From positions 11,036,001 to 11,100,000 of the forward strand of contig CM120646.1 of the NCBI GenBank assembly GCA_051362555.1: a DNA stretch of 64,000 nt, read 5' to 3'. Positions 37,801 through 51,577 of this stretch are shown one piece after another. Source of the stretch: Lingula anatina (Eukaryota > Animalia > Brachiopoda). A model generated the notes under the pieces. It worked only from the letters and a program-made list of their open reading frames with translations. It ran no database searches and was not told the DNA's origin. The first letter of the stretch is position 1, and every line of letters starts with the position of its first letter. Both the position numbers and the translations under genes were made by a program.

Positions 37801-38356
37801 ACACAGGGTAGGTGGGATGCAGTGAATGATATGCAAGGTTTTGTGTGTGTTCAAACATGACAAAACTGTCAGTCGGTAGGTTACAAAGGGGACAGCTATC
37901 AGGATCAAGTAATGTTTATAAACTGACAGTCAATTTTACAGTTTGAATAAGCATTCACGTGTTGGATTATATACTAGATAAAGACAGTTATAAATAGACT
38001 TTCACTATTCGTCAACATTTTCTTTTGCAGACTTTGACCGAAGTCTAAAAAGGGCTGCATATTCACGCTTGTTTTGATGAGTTTTCTAAAAGAATGCTGG
38101 TTCATAGAGGGGCAGAATTCACTGCTATACTCTTGAAAATGATCAAAATCAATACTTTCTCTTTTAGGGGGAGAGCACGTCTTGTGCCGAACCTGGAGAT
38201 ATCCAAGTATCGTATAGAGACCAGGATGAAACAGCCCGCATTGACCTAGGCAACATGGACATTGAAGACCTTCAAGATGACACAGAAACCTTGCAAGAAA
38301 CAGAACAAAGGACTTTGAGATTGAGTTCAACAGACAGAGATGATAATGAGCTATAA
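34895..38356 (+). CDS. LRR single-pass membrane protein; exons 34895-36188, 36510-36765, 37567-37807, 38168-38356
   Basis: Signal peptide, Ser/Thr-rich segment, LRRNT, many LxxLxLxxNxI repeats, LRRCT (NPWRCDCNL...C..P), TM ITIGVVSAIIVVLTVIGAVFMY and an acidic tail. No TIR domain. Confidence 0.88.
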
Positions 38357-41355
38357 ACTTGCGATTTGACCTATAGATGGTGCTCTAGTCCAAGCGAGCC
38401 AGGATTCATTCCCAAATAGTATTTAAAGATAAAAAAGAAGGGTGAGAGTAAATATTGATATTAGCTAAGTTAAAGGGTTAAACTGAAGGTGTGTTCCCAC
38501 ATGGAAAATGACAGAAATAGCTTAAGTTGCATAGGTCTTGAATACATAAAATGCCATCTTGTTAGTTTTTTAGATTAGGTAGTGTCAGGAGTGGACATTT
38601 TAATTTTTCTTTAGCTAGCTAAGAGCATATATGCCATAGTTCCTGATATTTTGTACTTTTGTTTGAAGTGCACCCATGTCTTTATGTGAATTGCTGTTGT
38701 GATAATGTTTTATGAGAGCAAATGTTTTTACATTTTATCCCCTTGCTAAGCTTGAGATTAGTGAAACAAGCATGTCAATAACTGCTTGTTCATCATGGTA
38801 GTGTCTTTGTTTGAATATTTTTTGAATTTTTTTTTTTTTTGTCATTACGTGGAATGGGAAAGCACTCAATGTTGTACTTTCAAAATAATGTATAGTGTGA
38901 TGTAATAGTTCAAATTGATATCAATATTTATATGCTTTGATAAAGTGCAGCTCTTTTGAAAGGGACCAACAAGCTTAATCGACAAGCTTGAAACTAACAC
39001 AGATAATTGTCTGCCCATGTAGATATTTAATATAAAACATTCTTTAAAATATGACTTTTTATTAAAAGTATTTTTCAGTGATTTTGTTTGCCCACTGAGA
39101 TATGCAATGATGCTTTATTTTTGCGCTCATAATGCAACAGGTGATGGGAGAAGGAAGAAGCAGCTACTTTTTATATAGCAGTCATTCCATATGATGCAAA
39201 ATGTTTTTCTCTTACATTTTTTATGTAGGTGAAGGTGAATGTAAAAAGCAATGGAATGTAATTTTCAGTATTATTTTTTAAATGTGAAAGTAATCATCTT
39301 GGTGGAGCCTTTTTGAAGTGACACAAAAATAATAACAAAACCATTAACAGTACTTGTTTTATTAAAATCAAATGGAATTGAATAATTTAAAAGAATGATA
39401 TAGAAAATTAATGTTGTACAGGATCCTGTATATAGATTTGTAACGCTATTAATATTTTTTTCAACATGTAAAAGGTCGCAATTTTACTCGTTCATGTATG
39501 GTTTTAACATTTTGATTGTACACTTCTGTATCACGATTTGTAAACTGTGTCATGCATTTAGCAATTATTAATTCTTTTCTTATCAGCTGAGACAATGAAC
39601 TGCGTACCCCATCAACCTGCCTTGTGTTTCTTTATCCATTTATTTTTATTATTATAATTTTTATTATTATTATCCTCCAATGTGAAAGCATTGCCTGTGT
39701 GTGTGTAGGGGGGGAGTTCACTTTACGTCCAAATTAAGTTTAATGTAAGATTTGTGTCTCACTGCTATAGTTCCTAGTTACCATTACTGTTTCAACAAAG
39801 TTCTTAAAATTATGGATGCATGTTTTTAACACAAAGAACTTGAATGCAGAAATCAACAAACACATTTTATGTCACTTATATGTATAACATACAAAATGCA
39901 TTTAAATCTCAGCATTTAATTAATAAGAGCTAAATATCTTTAATAAATATTGTCAACAGTGTAAGAGTGCCTGCACTTTCTTTTCACAGTTATTTGTTTA
40001 AAATTCGTTTAGTACAAAATCTAATGAGTACAATATCTGACAAATAAATTATTATGACATAGGACATCTTACACATAATATGATGAGAAATCAACATCAA
40101 ACATCATTCAAAGTAATTTATCAAAAATGACAATCATTAAGACAATTCAAAACAGGCAAAAATTTCAAATTCATAGATACAATCAATATATATCTAACAT
40201 TTCTATAAAAAATAAATATCTATTCTGAAACTGCATTATGTACTTATTATATTTCTTAATTAGATGTTTTGCTATTCCATATTTGCAACAAAATTTATTT
40301 ATAAGATAAAATCAACACAACATATCTTAAAGCCATACAACACACAAATAAAAACAAAATACATGTACAATACGTTTTTATAAAATACCTTATTGTTAAA
40401 AATAAATGGAAGTATCTTCCAAACCCTTAAAACCCCTAAAAAAGATGTAAACTTTGTTCAGATTCACATGTAAATAAATGATTTATTTTAAGTAACCCCC
40501 CCCCTCCAAAAAAATGGTCCTGCCACTGCACCTGTATTAACAATTTCCACAGAGCCCATCAATTGCAACACCTGAACTATAACACCAGTCAACCTCTTCC
40601 ACCAAGACATTTTCACTTATCAGGCTGTGTTATTAATTCTACACATGCAAATATTAATCCCCCGAATGCTGAAATATGAATATGACCTGTCCTGCAGGTT
40701 GTTAGATTATGCACTATTATACCTTAAGTCTCAGAGTATTGACTCTCCTCTATCTACTTACAGATGTAAAAAAATAATAATAATAAATAAAATTGAATAC
40801 AAAATGAAAGATCAGGGTGGCTTCAGTAGCCTAGGACTCCATATCACAGAAAACTCATTCAGTAGGTAGCTGGTCTTAGCTTTAAAATGAGAAATTGTAG
40901 TTTACTTGATCCCTGATAAGTGTGTAGTTTTCCTCTGAATGGAGAATCTCTTGATGTCATTTTTTTATTTTTGTGAAATGGGCCAACATTCTCACAAAAG
41001 TTGACATTGATTTATTTAAGGTCAAGGTGCACTGAAAGTTCTGCCCCATACTGTGGTGTCCCATAAATGGGTGTCTCTGTTGTTGTAGATCACTTTCCCT
41101 CTATGCATAAACTCAGATTTCTCCTTTGCATATATAATATTCACACACATAAGTTGTCAGACTTGGGTTGCTCACACTGCATACAAAAATATAACAAAAT
41201 GAACCACTGGCAAGAATTTTAAAATACATTTACATGATTCAAATTAACATTACCCACCAAACAACATAAATAATGGAAAATCACAGATTTGTGGGATACT
41301 GTCAACTCTGTGGTAGGGCCTAACCTAGCCACAAGGTTGGACCTTCTTTTCCCAG

Positions 41356-41578
41356 CTAAGTGGTCCTGTTGACCCGAATCTCTTGGTCAATAGGGGCCGG
41401 CTGCTGACTGACCAAGTATCTGGTCATATCCACACCCAAGTCCTGCAGATTCTTAAGGTAGCTTGCTGCATGGTCATCTTTGGCTTTTTCAATTTCTACA
41501 AGAAGGAAAAATCAAATAAATTCAATTAATTAGTTTATTGCTTTGAGGGTGGTTAGAAGTGTGTGTGTGTGTGTGTGC

Positions 41579-41618
<40 letters not shown>

Positions 41619-42688
41619 CTGATTTACAGTGTAGGAAGAAAAATGGGATATCATTCTACAAACTAATTGTTGGAAATGATGGGATTGATGAAATAAAGAT
41701 GTGTTAATATACACAGATTTGAAACAAATAACACTAATTTGTATCATCAACTAATTACTTATTTTAACTGAATTAAAATTATCTTCCCAAAACTAAATTT
41801 CTGTATGATTTAAGTTAAAGATGAATCTAAAAATTTAGTCAGGTTTTTCGAAGAAAGTGTGCATTTGTGAGTACCTTAAATGAATTACCTTGCTAATATA
41901 ATAGATATATTATTACAAGTGACACATTTTGAAATTAAATATTTATAACCCTCTCCAATTTTGCAAGAAAACTTTGATCTACTGAAAACCGAGAGGCAAT
42001 TTCAATACATAAAGGCAATCCAAAAAGCCTTAGAACTGCTCTTATCTTTACCAACAATTAACATGTGAACAATTAATGAACTGCAATGAACAGCTATACA
42101 TACCCAGTCTTGCCTTGCTTTCTATATCTTCCTTCTGGAGTTCTGCCTGATGTCTGAGCTCTGTCAGCTTCAGTTCATGCTCCTGTTGTAGTTCTTCAAG
42201 TTTCTGGTTGTGTTGCTGCTTGGACCTTTCCATGTCCTGCTCTGGAGAGGGAAATAAAGTTCAGAAAGCAGATATGAGAACATGTCATACTTTGGCATTT
42301 TAAAATAGATCATTTATGACTTCACAGGAAAAAGATTAAACATTTGAGATAATAACATTCCTCCTTGCCATAACTCTGTCCCCGTCCAACTTCCTCATGT
42401 TTTTATTTCTCAGCCTCTGGTTCTTTTTACATCATTCATGACACACAGCGATATCTAAACACTTAGACTGATCTTAACATGTATATAATTAAGCAACAGG
42501 GGTTTTATTCTCTTCCTCAGGTTACCTTCAGATAATAATTTCTGTTCAGAAGCAAGATCATAATTTATCTGGTTAACTTGGTGGGTCAAGTGCAGGGCTT
42601 CCATTTACTAATAGGTGACTCTCTAGCTGTCAATCTCCTTAAGTATTTCAATACTGATACACACATCACACAAACATGAAAAGGGATG

Positions 42689-42763
<75 letters not shown>

Positions 42764-43768
42764 GATTACTTTGCTGTGTTCTAGCCTGCTCCCTGGAGAG
42801 AACAAAATCCTTCAGTCTCTGTTGCTGTTCATGAACCTCTCCCGTGAGACGCAGCTGAGTTCTGGACTGGATGGCATCATCATGCATAGACTACAAGTAT
42901 CATAGGATACAATATACATTATGATACAATATGATAAAGTACATTATTTATATGATGTGTTATAATATGGTAGGATATAATATCTACATAATATAATACA
43001 ATATGATAAAGTCAGTATTTATATGATATGTTATAATATGATAAGGTATAATATTTACATTATATAATACAATATGATAATGTACAGTATTTATATGATA
43101 TGCCACAATATGATAAGGAATAATGTTTACATGATATGATACAATATATAAAGGTATATAACATTTATATGACATTTATATTTATAACACCAAGAGGTGT
43201 TGTATGACATAAAAAAGTTTTATGCACTAAAATGTTTTTAAAATATAAACCATTTGACATGTGGAGTTCAGTTTATAAGCCAAACATTGATGTAAAGAGA
43301 AAGACATTAATACAGTAATTTTCAATTGCGCCCCTCCCCGAATCCCCCTTGTAAAAGAAGCAGTTGGAGTTCTGTAAGACAAGCTTTCTTCAACAAGTTC
43401 ATAGTCAATCAAACTGCTTGCTAAAAACCACACACATTAAGCTAATCTGACCGATTTCCTTTGGAAATGCGCCTTTATACAGCACCTATCAAGATAGCCT
43501 GACCCATCTCCTATGGAAATACGCCTTGACATGCTATTTACCTGAAGCTGTTTTGTAGCATGGTATCCTCTGTACACAACCTTGTTGATGTCATAACCAA
43601 TCCTCTCTGCCCTCTGCAGAAGCTGTGGGAAAGTCTCTAATGTACTCAGCTTTTGAGTCTGTCTCAGAAATTCTTCATAGCTAAAATAAACATAACAACA
43701 TTATCATAGTATATTATACAGCAACCCCTCTCCATAAATATATTTTAATAAAAGGGCTTTTAAAATCA

Positions 43769-43829
<61 letters not shown>

Positions 43830-44153
43830 TGAATTTCAATTTTACTACATTACTGTAAGTACCATTTTATGATACAATTTGATGTGATATGTGTAATGGA
43901 GCGATGCTGCTGATATCTACAGAATAATATATAATAATATATACAGAAAACATTAAGGTCTCTCTCTGATAATAACACAAAGTACCGTAATTAGAACATA
44001 CGTGAGTTTTCCGGCAAAGGCAATCACATCTGCACACACACCACTGGAAAAAACAGTAAATAAAACATTTTATTAATTATTTCGTATTTAATGATGTCAC
44101 AACCTATCTATCACTACAACTTTATTTTGAAAATGTTGAAAACCTGTTTATAT

Positions 44154-44209
<56 letters not shown>

Positions 44210-47018
44210 TTTGTTATTTATTCACTGTACTTATAAATCGAATATATTTTGATTTTTTATTATCAGAGTAATAATTATTTTTGTCACTCATTTATTACAA
44301 ACTGTTAGAATGATATTACTTATTTGTATAAAACAGTTTACTATGTCTCTAAGAAAATGGCAGAATTTTTAAAAGACATATTGGAAACTGTTTTGTAAAT
44401 ATAGGCATTCCTATGACAAAATAAAAATATTTGTCTGAATCTAGTGAGTAATTATCATACACATCAACCCTATGCCCCTGTAATAAAACCATACTTACTT
44501 AATCATATCTGCCATAGGATCATGAGTGGTTTCCAGCTGCAGTGACAACCAGTACAACATAAATCATAAATATTATACACATGAATATGATTATCTACAG
44601 GTATACAAATATGTATTCTGATAAAATGATCAAATAAGACAATTAGATAAAATGTTTGAAGCACAAGCTGCATAGTGTTGCACAAATACAGACTATTAAA
44701 TATGTCTTATTATCAGTGCCCTCCACATTCTTTTAAAATATTATTACAGTAACTTCTAATGGATTTTTCATCATATATTATACTATACCATATTGAAATA
44801 TGCAAAGAATGTCAATCTCTAAATGCAGCTTGTTGTGCCAAGGGTTTATCTCATAAAAGAACTCACCATTTTAATAATATCCTTCAACTCATAGAATATC
44901 ATCAGTTTGACAGTGATCATGGTGTCATCTATTGTGCGTACCTCTCCAATCTGGAAGAAACAGTAAGTTAGAGGGGTGTTTGTAAGGTTTGTTATTTGAA
45001 AAATCTTTTGACTTCGCATGCAGATAATTGGTTTAAGGGAGTTAGGAAAGGAAATGTCCCCCCCCCCCCCCCCCCCCACCACCATCTCACCTATCTTCTT
45101 CTCTAATTATTTCACAAGGTATTGCCCCCAAAATCGTCCTAGTCAAATCTTGTATCTGCCAATAGGTTCTGTCCCTAAGTCTATCTGTGTTTCAAAGATT
45201 ACAGGATAATGAACAAAATTTCTAGAAATATTATGAATTCACAAATTGTGAATTTTTTTCTTAAAAATAATTTTGACATTTGTCCTCGTGTATCATTTAA
45301 AGTCTGTTAGACATAACTTCTATGCTTAAAGCAAATAAACCAAATGATAAGTTAAGCACATCTGCAAAGTAAAATCTGGTGGTTAATCATTTATCTTGAT
45401 GATAACTTACATTATAATAAAAGTGATCAGGTATCACAGGAAGCTGACTGAATGTCCAAGACCCTGGAACCATTCTCCCCTCGTTTGAATAATCTGGTCC
45501 ATGCCATTTAAACTCATGAAGCCTAAAATCCCAAGGTACATGAACACAGTTATAAGAAATTTGTATGCACTGTGCCCATTACAAATATGTTTATGCCATT
45601 CACCCTATAAACCCATAACCATTCAACTGATCTTAGTAATTTCAAAACTCAAATAAGTAATCACATTTTTCCTCTGTTTTAAAACTAAGGCAAATAATCA
45701 TTTCCATGTAAAGTACCTGGATTTTTAAAAACAGCTAAATTAAAACTGATATTTACCATTCTTCTGCCTCTGGCATGAAAACAGTAGGGCCATCTATGAC
45801 TCTTCTCTCAACAATCTGATCCGATCTTTTCTTGTAAACTACAACAACATGGTTGGCATCTATCTGTGTTCCATCCCTCACGTAGATACTTTCGTGCTCT
45901 AGGGGGTTACAAAACATGCTGCAGGGGCTGAAATTACAATGAGGGGTTTACATTTTAAGTTCAATGAGTTGCCATGCATTTTAACAAGTTTTCTACAAAA
46001 CATTTATAATTTCATTAAAAAATAATATCATTATTTAAAAAACAACAACAACAACAAAAGGGAAAAGAAATATCTTAAAGTTTAGTATAATTTCTTTTGT
46101 AATGTTGATATCTAAAGAAAGAGAGACAAGATTCAAAAGCAATACAAAAAAAAAAAAAAAAAGGGTGAAACAACAACTCTGTATAAAACAGTCAAAACAC
46201 CAATTTTACAATTCACAATATTCTTTGGACACAAAATTAGAATCTCACCCTGGCCTGTGTGTAACTCTACCATCTTTGTCCTTCACTACCAAGTACTGAT
46301 ACTGGTTAGCTGTGCATAAATCCAAAAACTGGAGTCTCTTCCTAAACAGGAATATCTAAAGAAAAGAAAAACAATAATAATTAGTACCACCTTAGCACCA
46401 TACAGCATGATTCTGATTCTTCTCTGGTATTGTCTTATTACTTATTTATTCCTACTTCAGTTGGCTTTATTTTGGCATACTCACTTTATGGAAATAATTT
46501 AGATGTTATTCCTGTCTACAGTGTATTGCAAAATATAAGGGTTGATATTATTCACCAACTTGTAATGATAGTACTGTGGCCTAGCTCTTACACCTTGTGG
46601 TACAGTAAATGTTATCTGCTTATATGAAAACCATGCATTAAAACTGTGTTACTGATAGCAGGATTGATGGATGCCAAAATTTGAGATACCAAATAACACA
46701 AGAGATATTATGTTGACCAGTGAAGTTTCTTTTCTTCTCAGATTTTTAAGAAGCAAATTCCTCGGTTTTGCAGTACTGGTAGTCTTGTTTATAGACTGAA
46801 GCAAAACTGCCAATTTACTGCTTGCTTACAAGAATAAGAATACATGCATCGAGAAAATATATATCTGTTGCAACTAATATCTAAGTAAGCATGCAGTATG
46901 TATGGTCCTACAAACACACACACACACATACCCTCTGTGGTCCCACTAACAATTCTCCTTGTCCTAGATGATTGAATACGACTGCTTGTTCTCCCTCGCG
47001 TACAGTTTTAAACTTCAT
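41356..47018 (-). CDS. Uncharacterised multi-exon (about 11) protein with an SPFH/band-7-like core and a C-terminal coiled coil
   Basis: Exons join in frame: MKFKTVREGEQAVVFNHLGQGELLVGPQR / ...RRVIDGPTVFMPEAEEW / LHEFKWHG / VRTIDDTMITVKLMIFYEL / LETTHDPMADMIN / GVCADVIAF / ...KVVYRGY / MHDDAIQSRTQLRL / Q,E-rich coil / ...LGVDMTRYLVSQ...TT*. The domain call is an inference. Confidence 0.8.
42695..42759. repeat. (CT)n microsatellite
   Basis: Read directly. Confidence 0.9.
42900..43185. repeat. Degenerate AT-rich intronic minisatellite
   Basis: Repeating ATACAATATGATAA...TTTATATGATATG units. Confidence 0.7.
43771..43824. repeat. (TA)n microsatellite
   Basis: Read directly. Confidence 0.9.
44155..44212. 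repeat. (TTTA)n microsatellite
   Basis: Read directly. Confidence 0.9.
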
Positions 47019-48265
47019 TTCTGCTGCCTATCTACAATATATATTATGTTCCTTTATTGGCACATAAACACTCTTCTCCGTAACAGTGTATAACAAGCAT
47101 GTAGCAGAAGCAGGCTGGTTTATTGGATAAGTATCGTCCTTGTGATACTGCAACTTGCAAGATCAATATTTTACAATTTATAATTTACAAAGCAGCCAAC
47201 CCTGCCCTGCTGTAGTGAATATCAGTTATAAGAAGTAGCCATGCAGAATAGTAAGATTTCGTTTTTCTCTCACCTGATCAGTGTACGAAGCTGCACCTGA
47301 TAATTGTGTATCTGATAATCGTGACTGACTATTAATAGAGTGATTTAACTAAAAATAGTCTTGACGCCGTTGACTCACTAAGTTAAACAATAATAGTGCG
47401 CGCGTTTCAAGTCTCCACAATAAAAAGAGCGCAATACTAACGTCACACTGACGTCACGTTGTTGGGCTCTATTGTCGACTAATAATATAATATTCAATGC
47501 CAGTAGTTTTTCTTTTTGCTTCAATTCGAAAGTTGGCATCTATTGACCGATAACTAGGTCAATAAACGTTTTCCACTTTAAATAGATCGACGTGATTGCT
47601 CATAATGTGCTTGGACCAAAATAGCTTTTTAAAAATTATATATAACTTAATAGCAAAGTCGACTTCGACCAAGAGAGATCAGCGGCAATGTATAACCTCC
47701 TACCCCAGCATGTACGTACGTTAGCTTCGGAGTTGCTCTTTCTCACCCACCAATAAAAAATAGGAGGAGGGATAACAAGCGAAGCGAGACAAAATCAAGC
47801 AATTTCCCCATCCTTAAGCCTATGTATATAGTAACCTAAAATTGTCCTACTATTATTTTTTTATTTCAAAATGCATCCATTCTCTTGAAAAAAATTAATC
47901 AATGCGCCCCCCCCCCCCCCCCCCCCCCCCAAGCGCCATTTGCTAAAAAATATTGTGTCTGCCTGTGATTTTCTTGGAATAGACTACCATGGGTTTATCT
48001 TGTGAAAAACTTAATTATTTAGTAGGCATAATTTTTGACGCAAAAGAGTACACCCTTTTTTCGGATTAAACTTTAAAGTTATTTTTGAAACTTGTCCATG
48101 AGTTATGCCACATCTGACTTTCACACGCTCAGATTAAACAGAAAAGGTGATAGGAGTGATAGAGACAGATAGCCTAACTCGGGCGGCACCATAAAAGTTC
48201 ACGGGTAACCGCACATAGGCGAAACTTGCTGAAGGACAAGGACCTCGAAAGAGACGCATTTGAAG

Positions 48266-49884
48266 ATGTCGAGTTCGCTCCGGCTGCTGTTCGTTTTCCT
48301 GTTGGTTTCACTTGGTTGCGCACTTGGAAATGACCAGCTCTCGGTAACAATCATAGTTTACTGAATTGAACTATTAATTCTTTTGGATTGCACATGGTTT
48401 TAGGTAAAATAGCCGAATTATACATTGAGTGTAAGAGAGATAAGCCGACAAGCGTACCGGTATGTGCTGGTTTTAGACAAATTGTCACATTGTCTAGGCC
48501 TATATATAAATGAAACGTTTTCCAAAAGACCTGACATTCAAAAAGACATTTCATTTAACAGGTCTTGGTTCCATTCAGGTAATACTGATCGAAATTCACC
48601 GAACTAAAATTTACAGGAAAACTCATCTTTATGGTATAGAATCGCTTAACATATTACGCATATCTTTAAACTTGGCCACTTTGCAAATATTCTGCGAATT
48701 ATTCAATCTGCTGTTTATCGGAGCAGGGGATATAATTCCCCTGATCTGAGAAGGAAATTAATGGTCGTAATGTTGCACACAGCGAACTTATGTATTTATC
48801 TATAATATAATGTAAAATACATGAGGTCTAAACTTAAGTCAAGAGAAAGTACTGTACTCGGTGAAGAATTTTAATTTAAATGCAACTCCAGTAGACCAAA
48901 TTTAAGGAAATCTACCAAAGCTTGGCTTTCCCCCCGCTTCCTTTTCCATTTTCTCAGAAACTGGTCACTGGCTCAGGTTAAAAACTTTACAAATATCATT
49001 TTCGCCCTTAACTACTCTGCCATCACGTTCCAATTTCAGTACTTCAATCAGCAGATCAAGAACTTTCAAGGGTCCCTTCTGAGGAGATGCCCGTCTCTGG
49101 TGAGAACTTTTAACTGCGGCCAGCTGTACACGGGGTCCCAGGCGTTAATCGGTCGACGAAAGCGAGCTAACGCTGACGCTGAGAGCGTGCAGGTGAAGTT
49201 TGCTCGTGCCACTGCGAATTACCTGGAAACTTTGACCGGATTCTGCGATGGTTAGTTTAGTTCATTTTTTTCTCTTAATAGTCCTTTTATGTTATTATTT
49301 GGAAGCTTATTTTTCTACTCGTGTAATATTAATTGCGGGGCAATTTTAATTAAAAATAAAAATACAGATAATACTGTAATAGTAGGGTTTAAAGAGGGTA
49401 ATAAACCAAAGGTAAACGTATTGTGAAAATAAAACAATGTAAGTTGATTTTCGGTTTCACAGAAGTGCCAAAACCGTGCCCACAAGGGTTCCAGCAGTTT
49501 GGGAGTTCCTGCTATTACTTCAAGTCCGTTGGTGGATCCGCGCTTTCATGGGACCAGGCTAGAACCAAGTGCCGATCATTGTCAGCTGACCTAGTCTCCA
49601 TAGAAACAAAAGAGGAGCATGAATTCATTAAGAAAAACCTGAAGCGTAAGATTGATTTATTTATTAAATTAATTGAAAGTAAGTTAAAGTTAAATTGAAA
49701 CAGAAGAATGCTTTGCCTGTATCTATTCTTTAGATAATTTGATATGTAAAACCATTTTGATGAACATCAGTCATTTTGAAGATATTTTTAAATTTATGTA
49801 TGCAGTCGGATCCATCAGAAAGGGGGGGGGGGGTATGAGCCGCCATGCTTCAGAAGCATCCCCCCTCCTCCCTCTAAAAATGAA

Positions 49885-49915
<31 letters not shown>

Positions 49916-50279
49916 ATTGATAAAGGAAAGACAGATGATTCTCTTTCCAGCAATCACCACCCCAAACATATTCCAAGGTTGGTATGTTGGAGGCAAGAGA
50001 CGTACGGTAGACCCAGCCACCAGGAGACCTTGGACCGCCGCTCAGAACGCTAACAAGGCAGAGATGAAGAAGCAGTACTACTGGGTGGCCACGGGCAAGA
50101 CCATGGCCTATGACGGCTGGGAGAAGTCAAAGGCTGATATCCCAAATGTACAGCCAGTTGGCGACCCCTGTGTCCTTCTATGGGTCGGGAGATCGGATTT
50201 CTTGGACTATGAATTTGACGACTATGTCTGCGCTTCAAATTATCCAAATATTGGTTACGTCTGTGAGAAGACTAACTAG
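48266..50279 (+). CDS. Secreted C-type lectin domain protein; exons 48266-48343, 49040-49250, 49463-49645, 49951-50279
   Basis: Signal peptide MSSSLRLLFVFLLVSLGCALG, then CPQGFQQFGSSCYYF, SWDQARTKC, LVSIETKEE, WYVGG and C...FDDYVC...YVCE. Exon phases are consistent. Confidence 0.9.
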
Positions 50280-50283
50280 TCGC

Positions 50284-50450
50284 TTAAAGGGATAATAACT
50301 CTTCGTTTTGGCCAAAAAATGAATTTTCCTGGAGTAAACAACAATTTTCCCGTACTTACCAATGGTTAATGAATCCATTTTACATTCAAAGTTAGTCCCT
50401 GTTTTTTTTTCTAAAAAGTTTGGTTTTTTGTTAAAATCTCTTAAGAGATT
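50284..50450 (+). repeat. ~165-bp interspersed repeat (TTAA-AGGG end) just after the lectin stop codon
   Basis: Inverted match to 25831-25997. Confidence 0.75.
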
Positions 50451-51577
50451 ATAACGGAGTATAGCCATCAATGGAGGTCACGTGGTCTGAAGACAAGCTC
50501 AGATATCAGAATAATAGCTATAACTGCTGTTTTTGTCGTAAAACAATATATAATATTTCTATGAGTTATTCACAATGTTTTTATTGTGAAATATAGACCT
50601 CATACGAAGAGTCATTATCCTTTTAATTGGTACATGATGTGATGAGCGTGGAAAGAAATCCCAGCAATAAAATTATTTTGCAAAATTAAGGATCTTGATG
50701 ATTGATCATTTATTTTCCAGCTCTCAAATAAAACTACTTCACTTAAAGCTCAGTATCAGTTTCAGAATCCCAATTCGTTTAAAAGAGAGGGCTATAATAA
50801 TATAAAATACCCCCCCCCCCAAAAAAAAAAAAAAAAAAATTTTTTTACCCTCAACTCTTGGTGTACCGATGGATCAGGAACATAAATAAAAAGGTGAATG
50901 TGCAGCCCCTTACTTTTGTGTGTGTGTAGAGCGGGGGGGGGGGGGGGGGGGGGGTTAATATCTTGCAAAACTACCTACCTGTATTTTCACCAGCTGAGAT
51001 ATATAAAACGATAAAACCCCGGTGTAACGTGACAGAGAGTCCCCCATAACAGAGAGTCCCATTCATTTGTACAAGTGAGCCTCGCCCTAGATTTTGACCC
51101 ACTTAGGTCAAACTAACCCGGAGGGAGGACCTTCTTTTTCACGGACCCTCAGTTTCGTTACACCTGTCAATACATAACAATGTTAGGAAGACGGACGGAG
51201 GTCTGAATGTCAAGGAAAATTAGATTTGACACAAAAGTTATCCTCTAATTACTGTAAAGTCCCGACCTTGTAGAACCTGCATAAAAAAACGAAGGAAGAA
51301 AATGAAGTCTAATGTCTTACTGATTTTGTTAATTGCGCCTCACGTACTGGTATTTAACGCATTTGATTAAGGTTTTTAGATATAAAGAAAATAAAAAGAA
51401 TGTAAGTCAAAGGGTGGTATATCCACTCGGATCCCTTATAAATGTGGAAAGGGCTATAAATGTTTCGCATTAATATGTCGAAATACAAAAGATTAAAACG
51501 AAAATATGGAAAAATGCATTGTCCAGAGGAATTTGATTTGTTCGAAACTAAACTTCAAGCATCATGCCAGATCCAAG

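Noticed and set aside
34895-38356. Toll-like receptor call for the LRR genes
   Set aside because: Neither cytoplasmic tail contains a TIR domain.
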